A stretch of DNA of 64,000 bases from Strigamia acuminata (lineage: Eukaryota), in contig OX442314.1 in NCBI GenBank assembly GCA_949358305.1, positions 15,624,001 to 15,688,000 of the forward strand. Direction: 5' to 3'. Under the pieces are notes generated by a model. It was not told the origin of the DNA and made no database searches. It saw only the letters and a list, made by a program, of their open reading frames with translations. This document shows, piece after piece, positions 27,201 to 39,200 of the stretch. A program made the position numbers and the translations under genes. Each line of letters begins with the position of its first letter. Position 1 is the stretch's first letter.

Positions 27201-30200
27201 ATCTTTTTGACAGAACGTCTTACGAACGTCTTGCGAAGCCGACCGCGTTGAGCCTTTCTCGACAAACAGCGTTAAGAAGCCGACAACGTTGAGCTTTTCT
27301 CGACAAACAGACAACAATGGACGCCCTCGATCGATTGCGTGCACAACAGAAAACGTCTAGAGAAGGAGCCAACAGACTGGTCAATACAGTTATAGTAGAA
27401 TTGGCCGGCGCCGAACCAGAAATCCACGCGTTACGACGATTAAGGAACCAGTTGATTGCAAAAAGCGCACAACTTACAGCCCTCGACGATCAGATATCGC
27501 CGTTAATCGTAACAATCGCGGACTTAGAGGCGGAAGAAGGCGACAATGAAGAATATCGTGAAAAGATAATAGATGCTTTAACCGATATCGACATTAAACT
27601 AGACGAAGCGTTGCGACCAGCTGCACCAATCGTGAACCCGGTCGATCCGAGTAACCACAGCACCGCAAACAGCTCCGGCGACGTGACGATTAAACTGCCG
27701 AAGCTCGTAATGCGGAATTTTAGCGGGAATCCAGTCGAATGGTCGAAGTTTTGGTCAAATTTTGAGCTGAGCGTTCACAACAATAATTCACTTTCCACAA
27801 AAGCCAAGTTTGTGTATTTGAATTCAGTGCTCGAAGGCACTGCAGCGACTGTTGTACACGGACTCAAAATCAGCGACGAAAACTACGAAGCGGCGGTAAC
27901 TTTGCTCCAGAACAGATTTGGAAAGAAAGAAGTTATCGTTAATGCCCATATCCAGACGCTAATGAAGCTAGAACCAGTAAAACGAGTTAGCGACCTCGTT
28001 AAGCTACGGAAGCTCCACGACACATGCGAATTACATGTTCAATGCCTCAAGAATGAAGAAATTGATACAAATACGTTCGGAATCGTCTTGTGTCCGTTAT
28101 TGCGAGCAGCCGTACCAGAAGTAATTGCGTTAGATTTCTCGCGCAAGAACCCAGACAACACTCATGATATGAAGTTGTTCATGGATTTCTTCAGAACTGA
28201 GCTGGAGTTACGAGAACAACATACCAGCACTTCAATGAGTGATCCACTGGACAAACCAGTAGCCAAGCCGTTTATCGATTACAAGAAATCGACTCGAAAC
28301 GAAAAGCTAACCTCATCAAGCGCGTTGACGACCAACGTCGCTTCATCCAGCTGCATTTTCTGCGACGATAAGAGTCACAAAATGGAAGAATGTCCGTTGA
28401 CTGTGGCTGATCGAATGAAGAAGTGTATGAAAGATCGCAGATGTTTTCGTTGCCTGGGTACCAAGCACATGGCGCGCAATTGTTCACAAAAAGTAAAGTG
28501 TGTCAATTGTGAACGGTTCCACCACATATTGTTGTGTGAAGAGCCGAGCAATAAGCCAGAAGTTACCCTCACATCGACTGTAACAGCCGCAACGATCACA
28601 GCAGACAACACAGACTTGTTTTTACAAGTGTTGATGACGAATGTAGAATCGGATTGTAAAACTAAGCAAGTGCAATGCCTTTTTGACGGTGGGAGTCACC
28701 GCTCATTCATCAGCCAGAAGCTAGTAAAAGAACTAGATGCCCAAGTCGTGGGTGAACAGAATATGCAAATCTCAAGCTTTGGCGATTCCAGAGCTGAGAC
28801 AGTACGTCGTCGTCGAGTGAAGGTGACGCTGCGAAATGTTAGCGATTCTAACAAGTTTTTCGATATAGAACTGATCGAAGTACCGCAGATAACCCACTCG
28901 GTTGCGAAACAGTCCGGTCAGAACGTGCGCGAAATGCTGAAAAGGCACAAGATTGTGCTGAATATCGACCAGATGTCGACCCAGCAAAGTGAAGTCTCCG
29001 TTTTGATTGGTGCAGATCAGTTTTGGCGAATTGTCACCGGCGAATCCAAGCGGTTGGATGACGGATTGATGTGTCTACACACGTCCCTCGGATGGACGAT
29101 CCACGGAGCAATTAGAAGTCAAAACGAGTTGGACAGACAGCCAGTAATCCAGACAAACCTCGTACAGTATGAGGACAGACTCGATCATCTCTTGCGTCGG
29201 TTTTGGGAGTTAGAAGCTGTGGGCATTTCCCATGAGTCTCTTACGAATGCGCAGGACGAAGATGATCAAGCGGTAACGAAATTCAAAGAATCTATCAATT
29301 GGACGGGAGAGCGATATGAAGTCGGATTGCCCTGGTTGATGGAAAAGTCAGATTTGGATAGTAATTACCAAGTAGCACTTAAACGACTGTGGAATTTGGT
29401 CCGCAAGTTTAAGCAGGATCCAGATTTGTACCATCGATACAAGAAAGTTCTGGACGAACAGAAATTAGCTGGGATCATTGAACCGGCCCCAGAAGTACCC
29501 GATCAGAGTGGTTGCTATTACCTCCCGCACCGTCCAGTAATTCGAGAGCGTCGTAGCACCACAAAGCTGCGCATCGTTTATGACGCTTCATCACATGCGC
29601 AAAAGAGTCGGTCTTTAAACGACTGTCTGTTCACCGGACCTAACCTCCTGCCACAGTTAATCGATGCCATCTTATTTTTCCGACAATATATTGTGGCTTT
29701 GATTGGAGATATCAAACAGGCGTTTCACCAAATTTTGTTAAAATTGGCCGATCGAGATGCTGTGAGATTCCTGTGGATTGCAGATGGATGGGATGTAGTG
29801 GGACCGATAACATTAGAGATTCTCCGACAAACCAGAGTCTTGTTTGGAGCATCACCGAGTCCATATTTGTTAAATGCTACGATACAGCATCACCTCGAAC
29901 GCTACGAAAAGATTTATCCTGAACTAGTCAAGATATTAAAAGAGAGATTTTACGTAGACGATTTTTTACACAGTGTGAAAACTGTAGCAGAAGCCATCGA
30001 AGCCTATAAGAAGGTGTCGACCATTATGATGGAAGCCAACATGGAGTTAGTAAAATGTTACAGCAACTCTCGAAATCTGCGAGAGCAATTTGCTTTGGAC
30101 CATCCAAATGCAGAGTTTGAAAGCGAACAAAAAGTGTTGGGCCTAAAATGGAATGGCGATAGGGATGATTTGTCGTTAGAGCTTGAAGATGTGAAGATAA

Positions 30201-33200
30201 CGTTAGAACGTGAATCCAACACGAAACAACAAGTTATCCAACTTGTGGCGCAGATCTTTGATCCGCTAGGATTTGCGTCGCCTTTCACAGTCTCTGGAAA
30301 ACTGTTTTATCAGCAGCTGTGGAAACAACGAATAGAGTGGGACAGCCACTTGCCAGTCGAATTCCTCAACCAGTGGAAAAAATGGAAAGTCCAATTACCA
30401 TTATTGGAGCAGATTAGAGTGCCAAGACATTTTGGCGTAGACGAGAATTTGGACAATCAGGAGATCCATCTTTTCTGTGATGCTAGTCCACTAGCATATG
30501 GGGTGGTGGCGTACAATCGTGTGCGCTACCCAGACGGAAATTGTAAAGTTTTCTTTATTCTTTCTAAATGCAGAATAGCCCCCATTAAAACGATAACGCT
30601 ACCCAGACTCGAATTGATGGGAGCTTTGCTTTTGGCTAGAGTCGCTAAAAGGTTGAGCCAATTCTCGACCGCGAAAGTCACAGCTTGGACGGACTCAACT
30701 ATCGTTTTATGTTGGCTAAGAGAGAAGAAAAAAGCAATTCCATTCGTAGCTCGAAGAGTGGAAGAGATCCAATCGCAAGTACCATTCTCAAATTGGCGTC
30801 ATTGTCCGGGAGTTCAGAATCCCTCGGACCTTCTAACTAGAGGTATAGATGCAGAGACGCTAATTCAAGCAAGAGAGTGGTGGAATGGACCCGAGTGGCT
30901 CGTCGAAAACGAGAGTGGGTGGCCAACTAGATCGTCGGATGCAGTCGATGAAGAAATCGAAACAGAAGAGTTTTCTGCAAATACAGTTACAGTTGCAGAA
31001 TTGCATTTGATGGAAGAGCCATCAAGATTTGGCAGTTGGAAACGATTAATTCGAATCACCGGGTGGATGAAAAGATTCATCAACAATAGCAGAGGAAAAA
31101 TTCACCACGGAGATCCTCTAACAGTAGATGAGCTACTGGAGACTGAGCTTTATTGGATTCGTGTGATTCAACAAGAGAATTATGCGGCAGAATTGACAGC
31201 AATGAATCGTCAGCAAGAGTTTAATCATGACTCCGTTTTAAGCAACGTGTCTTGTTATTTGGATGAGAATGGTTTGATGCGATTAAACACGAGACTTAGA
31301 TGGGCTAAGGTCGATAAGAATTTGATAAACCCATATGTTTTGTCCGCGAACCATGCGTTGACCAGTCTTGTGGTCTGGGAAGCGCATCAGAGAGTTTTCC
31401 ATGGAGGACTCGGTGAGACTTTGGCAGAAATCCGACAACGATTTTGGATGCCAAAGTTGAGAAAAACAGTAAAAAGCATTTTGAGTCGGTGTTTCGTGTG
31501 CAAGCGAGTACAGGGACGATTCATACGACAGATTGAGTCGTCCTTGCCCCCAGATAGAGTTACTCAGACCGAACCTTTCCAAGTAGTTGAAATCGACTTC
31601 GCAGGTCCGCTGTATCAGCGCAGCGGAGAGAAATGTTACATAGCTGTATTCACGTGTGCAGTAGTCAGAGCTGTGCACTTGGAATTAGTATCGAGTATGA
31701 ATACAGAAAAATTCATTCAGGCTTTGAAAAGGTTTTTTGCGAGACGAGGTGTCCCGAGTACGATTTACTCCGACAACGCATTAACTTTTAAGCGCACAGA
31801 AAAAGAACTCAGCCTTTTGTTAAAAGCAGTGAAAGGTGAAGAAATGCAAGGCTTTCTCACTGAACGAAAAATCAGATGGCGTTACATAGTCGAACGTGCG
31901 CCATGGTGGGGTGGTTTTTGGGAGCGGATGGTGAAGTCGACTAAATCGAGTCTGAAGAAAGTTTTAGGGAAATCGTCTCTTGACTTTGAAGAGTTGACGA
32001 CGATTCTTGCAGAAATAGAATCGTGCATTAATTCGCGTCCGCTCTCGTATGTCTACACCGAGGATGAAGACAGTCACCCGTTGACGCCTGCTCATTTCCT
32101 AGTCGGTGGGCGGAGCTGTAATTTGCCGGATCCTAGCCAGCAAACGATCCAGCCATTGTCATCGAATTCCGTTGCTATTCTGAAGAGATGGAAGTTACGG
32201 CAGTTAAAGTTAGGACATTGGTGGTCGCGATGGCAGAGAGAGTATCTCACTGAGTTGCGAGTCCATAGGAAGAACGATAAGAGTTCTCGTGAAGTGCAGT
32301 CCGGTGATGTGGTTTTAATAGAAGAGTTAAACCAACCCCGAATGACCTGGAAGGTTGGCAGAGTCGTAGAAGTATTCCACGAGCGCGACGGGCGAGTTCG
32401 AGCTTGTGAATTAAAGTTAGCAACTGGAAAGAATTTACGACGACCAGTTCAGAGGTTGTGCGTTTTGGAAGCGCACGATGTAGAAGCAGCGAGTGGCGAT
32501 ACCACTCCGGCCCCAGTGTAAAAACTGGGAGTTTTAGAAGTCTCGAGGTCACACAGAATCGAAGGAATGGAGGATGCGCCGTACAGCGAAGTCGACATTC
32601 AGGAGGTGTTTTCCATTTTAGAAGCGATGACGCGGATTCGTGGAACCGGAAATACGTTTTGGTGTCATAATTTGTCATAATCCTTTTTGTCCTTGTTTTG
32701 TATTTTGTGAACCCCGAATAAATCAGTGTAATTTCCAATTTACCACGTGCAGCATGTCTTGATTTTTGGTCAGATTTTCAATCCATTTCAATCGTAAGTT
32801 AGAAGCAGTTTTTGTCGAATATCAACGTGTGGATCTCATTTGAACTTTCAAAAAACGCTTGCCATCTTTAGAAGAAAGAAAGAAATTAAAAACAGGTATT
32901 CAGGGGTTGAAAATGCAAAATCCTGTCTTGTCGTTTCTTCCCCCAATTGGCATACAAGTTACCTTGCAATAAAGCATATTCAATCTGCACTAAGCATTCA
33001 CCACAAGCAGCCAGTCTCTCATTTATTTGGTTAAAACTCACAACTTCCAAGTGATAGTTATTTATTTTATTTAAATTTAGGATGTACACGTAAATTTCAG
33101 AGCTGTAGCTAATAATTCATAACCTATGTGCGTGATTATACGCTCATTACTTATAGATTAAGAATATACACACATCATTTTTATCTTAACATTTGCATTG

Positions 33201-36200
33201 CTTTTTGTTGTTTTAATTGGGTTATTTAGATTCTCGAGATAAGCAGATAAAAATTACTACCTATATTTTTCCCTTTATTAATTTTTATCTACAAAAATAG
33301 AAACTTTTTAGCATGAATCACGATAAATAAGAATTTATATTCGATACGAAACAAGAAATCATCACCACTCAACAAAAAACGAAGCAAAGACCATGCTAAA
33401 ACAAACAAATAATGCGAATTGTAAGAAATTAAACTAAAGATTAATTTTAGCACAACCACCTAAAATCGTATACATTTATATTTATATAGCAATTCAAGTT
33501 GTGATCCGTACCGTCAAGGCAAACTAAACACCGGTAACGTAAGTTATGTTATTTACGAGATAGATTATACATTTCTTTCAATTAAGTGGGCACTTAAAGT
33601 AGCGAATGTCTTTTTCCTAACAAACATAAAAACGCGACAACTCATTAAATTACCAGGTTTAATTCTCCCATTTACTATTCACTTTTTTCCTTCCATATCC
33701 CATACCAACTTTAGTACAAGAAAATAAATTTAAAAATAATTTCCCCACTCTTTTGTGCCACGTGTTTACACAATTGTACATGGAAACACAATAGCATTCA
33801 TTCAGCAGTCACTAGAACTAGATAGATGTTCTCGTTCAGACAGAGCAGCAATTTCCAATTTCGGTAAGTGACTCCTTTGCCCCTGTCAAGACCAACTATC
33901 CTTCGCTTGCTTATAAGTGTAATAACGCCAGGAATTTGTATCTTACACCTAACTCCCGCCCACAATGAGATAAAGCAGTTACTCGTGGCAGTTCTTGTAA
34001 GTCTTGTCACCGAACTATTCACGCTTATTGACACCACTTTAAAATTCTTTTCCATTTTTTTTCTGTGAGATGAGAAATATAAAAAAGTGGTGGAAGGAAG
34101 AACGTGAGAACCACATGCAAAGATAAAACATTTTTTTCGATTATCAACGTTAAACAAAAATCTGAAATTTTTAAAAGCATTCCCACTTGAATGCATACAA
34201 TAACACCGGAACGATCATTGCAAAGTTTCAACAAGAAAATCCCACCAAATTGCAGATGAGAAGGGTGGAGAGAAGAATTTTCCTTTTGGATGAAAGCTTC
34301 TCGATAATGGATAGTGATTGCATCTTGAAGAAAGGTATAAAAGGAATGAAAATTGAGAAGGACACCTGGCTCGTCTCGTTATCGCCGACCTTTACCCGGC
34401 CCAACTTCAGTGCACCAGCCAATCAGGTGGCCAGATTAAAGCACCGATAGAAACTCAACACTAAACTTTTTCGAGAAAAAAAAAAAAGGGAGCCACTATA
34501 TGCCTTTCTTCCTTATTTTATCCATCACTCATTGGAAAGAATTTCTAACATGGTTAAATACTCGCGAGGAAAGCCACTCTCTCGTTAATTACAGTTTCGA
34601 ACCGAGTTTCCAAATGATATTGAAACGTTTCAAACTTAATTCCAACGTTCGTCAATGTCATATTAACAACAAAACTCGATTCTTTATACTCAATTTAGCC
34701 GTTTATGTGTTTAACTGTAATAAAAATGAGCTAAAAACGTTCAAATATAACGATATCTAGCAGCACATGAAAATAAAACATAAGAACGCAGGAGAAAAGC
34801 AATTTTTTTTTAAATGGACTTGAGATAAAACGTGAAGGTAACAAATTGACAGTCGTGCCTTCATTTCAGTTTACTGGCATCAGAGAAAGAGCAGTTATAG
34901 TGTCGAGTGCAATGATTGTGGCTTATGTCAGCATGTTGTCTGGTATAACGGAGAGAAATGCTTCAATTATGACTTTAACGCCCTCATTTCACCAAATGGA
35001 ATGTCTGCGGCGAATGTGATGGAATGGAACTCGGTTCATTGCTACAAGGAGTCTTAATTAGGGTATATGAGTGTGTGTGTGTGCAGGCGGACCAATCTGA
35101 CTTCTTGGCTTGTATGATTGCTTACAGTCATGAGCGAAGAATTTTTTTCTCCCATTGGCACTTCCTTCTTACATTGATGAATTACTTCTGACACCAAAGT
35201 CGTATAATCGCCGGTGAAATGTAATGGTCATTACTCGTCTTTTAATTAAAGTCAATGTTATACAACTGTTAATCTATCTTATGTCCTGAAAAATCGATAG
35301 AAATTGGATGAATAATTCAATACATAAGCAATTGAAAGAGATCAACAAGAGAGTGCTCGTAAAAAAATACGTTTAATTTATAAAGTCAGTTTGGTTTGGA
35401 CTGTTTGCGTAATAAACTCAAACACTATCCCGTCTTTCTGTTTCTGAGGAATTTCCTTTAATCAAGTTGTTTGGCATGAACTGAAGAAACATTTCCTTTC
35501 ATTGTACTGCAGTCTACTGGCACAAAATCTAATTACAGACCTAGATACACAATGCACTATTGCATAGCCAGAAAATCGGTACGTTTATTTAAGAGTGTTT
35601 TTATAAAGCTCCCTACAGCTTTTCGCACTTCAGTAAGAAAGAAAGAAAAAAATGTTGCTTCTGACACATCGAAATTAAATGAAATTTTTTAATTTTTCTT
35701 CCATTTGTTATATAGACTGAGAAAATTAAGTTAAAACAACACTTTAAGTTTTGTTAAAATATTTTTAAAGATGTTTCTCCTGCAGAAAGTAATTATAACT
35801 TTATATAAGCAACACAAGTCAAATTGTAAAAATTCTGAACAATGAATCCATTGAAATGTATGTCAACATGTTGTGCTGGTGAAAGCACTATTCAGCAAGA
35901 GACATATTTATCAATTCGAGCTTTCTTTTTAACTTCCAAACATGCAATAACAGAAAAAGAAATTAAAACTCCTGTTCGCATTCCCGTCTTCTAATACAAT
36001 TTAAAATATTCATGAAATTTAATATGAATATAATGTTCAGTAATTTTAAACCAGTCAAATCCACTTGCTGCTAATTAACTTTAAAATATTTTAATCCGAC
36101 ACAGTTTTAAAGTTCGTGATTGCAAATATAGTGCAACAAATCTTAGTTAAACCAACGGAATATATTTAAATTAAGTTTATTCCCTAAAATTTGGTACCGT

Positions 36201-39200
36201 AGCCGTTATATTTCTCGATTTAACTCCAGATATACCAATAAAATAAAGTATGTTTTTAGTCTGTGAAACTAAGCTGTTATAATCACTTATATCAAATATT
36301 CACAAGACTTTAATACTTTCAACCTACGATGCAAATGCACGTCGGTTCTTACAATTTTTATATTTTTTGCATAGAAACATGAAATTGTACTCAATTCCCT
36401 AACTCATTTGCATACCAATGGTACCGATACACAAGTTAAAAATTACAACCAAGAAAGGCAAAATAAAATAGCAAAAACTAAAAATGAATTTAAAAAAATT
36501 TATCTAAAATACACTTAAAAGAATACTACTTAAGTTTAATGACAATTTCTTAAAGGAGAGGTCAAGCGAATAAAAAGAAAACAACGCACAAAAGAACACT
36601 AATGGAACGGCCGAACTCATTACAGATAGAGTAAAGCAACCTAGCGAGCAGACACAATGGATAGAAAATTACATTTCGGCATTGCTGGACTAAAGGATAC
36701 GGTACTTCAATGGCTCAACAGTTTCCTGCAGAGGTTTATGCGGCCTAATGCTCGCAAAACACCCGCACTTTAGAACAAGATAAGCAAGCGCAATGGAATA
36801 GTAAGCTTGACGGAATAAGCTGAATTCAAGTGATGAAAAGCATGAAAGGAGATCAACAGCTGCACCGACACAGATAGTAGCAGGGACAAGCAAAGGCCAA
36901 AGATTAATAAATGATTAATGACAGATATTACATAAAATGAAGCATTACACTTGGTTTACAATAAATCAGTGTCTTTTGAGAGAGCATTTTGACGTTTATA
37001 ACTCTCAAGAAAATGCTAGATGCACAAAGATACTTAAGTTGAATTGAATCTGTATATGATTGGATATATTTGTCGAGTTATGGTTATGTGAGCAAGCGTA
37101 CATCTGGACAAAAATAAATTTTTAAAAAAAAAAAAAAATACAAAAGGAAGAAAATCCGATATTTTGCAGAAATTTAACTCCGGTTCAGGCACTCAGCCAG
37201 TGGAAATGAGTTACATCCTGGTTTTGAAAAAGAAACGACCTAACCAGATGTCCAAACCGTTTCCGAGATTTGTCCATCTCCAATCGATGGACTCAGCAGA
37301 CATTAAAAATGAAATTTTCTTTGCCCTAACACAGGAAAAAAAGGGAAGAAAAATCGACCCGTGATATGTTTTCAAAATGACGAAGAACTCCACGAACTTA
37401 TCCACAAAAAGGTTGTGCTGCTTGGCTGACATAAGTTGAGGGTGAGGTCAAAATCGGGTTTTGTACCAGGAATCAATACGACCAACCGCGATCGAAAATC
37501 GTTTCCTTTTCTTTTCCATTCTTTTATATTTTTTCTTTATACATAAGACGGGATAAGGATATTGGATTACTACTTCGGAATGGTTTACATTTGAAAAAGG
37601 GACACAAACCCCCTCCCCCACCCACCAAAAAGAAAAGAAAAGAAAAGAAAAGAAATTGTTATTACTTTAAATTAAATTCATGGAGATGGTTGTTCAGTGT
37701 AGCCTTAATAAGATTTTTTTTTTTTGTTTCTTTTAAGAACGAAATTGTTATCGTTAGCGAAACGGATGTTTCAGTGTTTTTAATCTATGTCAACTCAATT
37801 AAAAGTCGAACCAACCCAAGAAAACAAAAGGGTTACATACGCTCTGCTGGCTTTAATTCGTTGAGTATTTGTACGACCTCCGGAGATAGGAGAAGAGCAA
37901 GACGCGTCGAGGCAGTAAAACAAAATGAGGCAGAAAACATTAGAACGCCCATTTCACACTTTAGGTAACATTTGCAAGTCAACATTGTCTGTGATTACGG
38001 TATTTCTTATTAAAATGCACAGAATGGGATTTCATTAACTAACTCTACTACAAAAAACACAAAGATTTATCTCATTTTAAAATGCCCTAATGTAAAACAT
38101 GCATTTTTTGTCTCCTTTAAAATAAAAAAAATGTTAATTTGTAAATTAAGCGCACGATTTCAAATGACTATAAAGTATGATCATTTATTTATACTCAATT
38201 TCCCTCCTATTTAGTTTTTGATTTTCCTACAATTCTATATCAAAAATCTAAATTACAAAATAGATTCATGAAAATATTACCACGTAAATAAATTATCAAT
38301 AATAATCGTATTACATCATTACTATTAATCTCCCACACAAGTTTAACTGAAATAATTCAAAAAAGTAATTTATTGAGCAATTTTTAATATCACGTTTGGA
38401 TGTTTTTCAACTTCAGCTTCACTGTATTGAATAATAACATCATTTGCCATTTGCCCTATCTTTAAAAATGTAAGATAGTATCTTACATACTTTCTGTCAC
38501 TATTTCAGGTGTGTGTGTAATACGATAACACCACATCAGCTTTGGCAGAAAACGATAACATTACCTCTGGGAATACGTAAACATTGCAGGGCGTTTACAC
38601 AATAGCCCTACGTCTCATCCATCTTCCGGCAAGTTAACAACTTGGTTGACCGTCAATGTTCATGAACTGCAGTTTCCAAAATGGAGCAGACAGCTCTACA
38701 TTGGGTCACATTGCAATCTAACTTCAATTTCTGGATGGACGCTGAAAATAGCCCCATCTTGACAGCCCAATTAACCGACACAATAAAAAAAAGAAGGGAA
38801 AAAACGGCCGAATAAGGGCACTTCAACTGCCACTTCAACTTTGGACAGTTAGAACTTAGTTTGAACCAAGTCAATTCCCTGGTGTGCTCTTGGGTTCCCT
38901 TCAGAGGATTTGGCCGTAAAGATGGATAGGAGTTCGTTTTATTTCAGCCACACATCACTGGCTTCTTCTGCCAATAGAATTCTCCGCATTATCGCCCACA
39001 TGTTTGCTTTTTTTCTTTCTCTTAGATTACCACTAATCAACCCAGTACTTTGTTTGTCTCTCAGGAGGTCTACTTCTGGTAACTTAAGGCACCACTTAAC
39101 ACAGGAACATGGTTTGACTTGTAGTGTGAAAAGAAAGAAAGAAAGAATAGAGAGAAAAAATAGGAATGGGAAAAATTATTTTGAAAGGAAAGAGTAGGCT

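Larger units (their letters stand above)
26786..32852 (+). mobile_element. Full-length Bel/Pao LTR retrotransposon (element 1), intronic and antisense to Dscam
   Basis: LTRs 26786-27119(+AA) and 32517-32850(+AA) differ at one position by eye (26923 G vs 32654 A). TSD AAACG at 26781-26785 and 32853-32857. PBS at 27122. Single gag-pol ORF. Confidence 0.96.

Noticed and set aside
28272..31678. Antisense ORFs within gag-pol (likewise 46556-51365)
   Set aside because: Shadow ORFs of long coding frames, with no recognisable motifs.
33798..34450. Cluster of short ORFs suggesting a nested gene
   Set aside because: No motif, coding signature or consistent exon chain.
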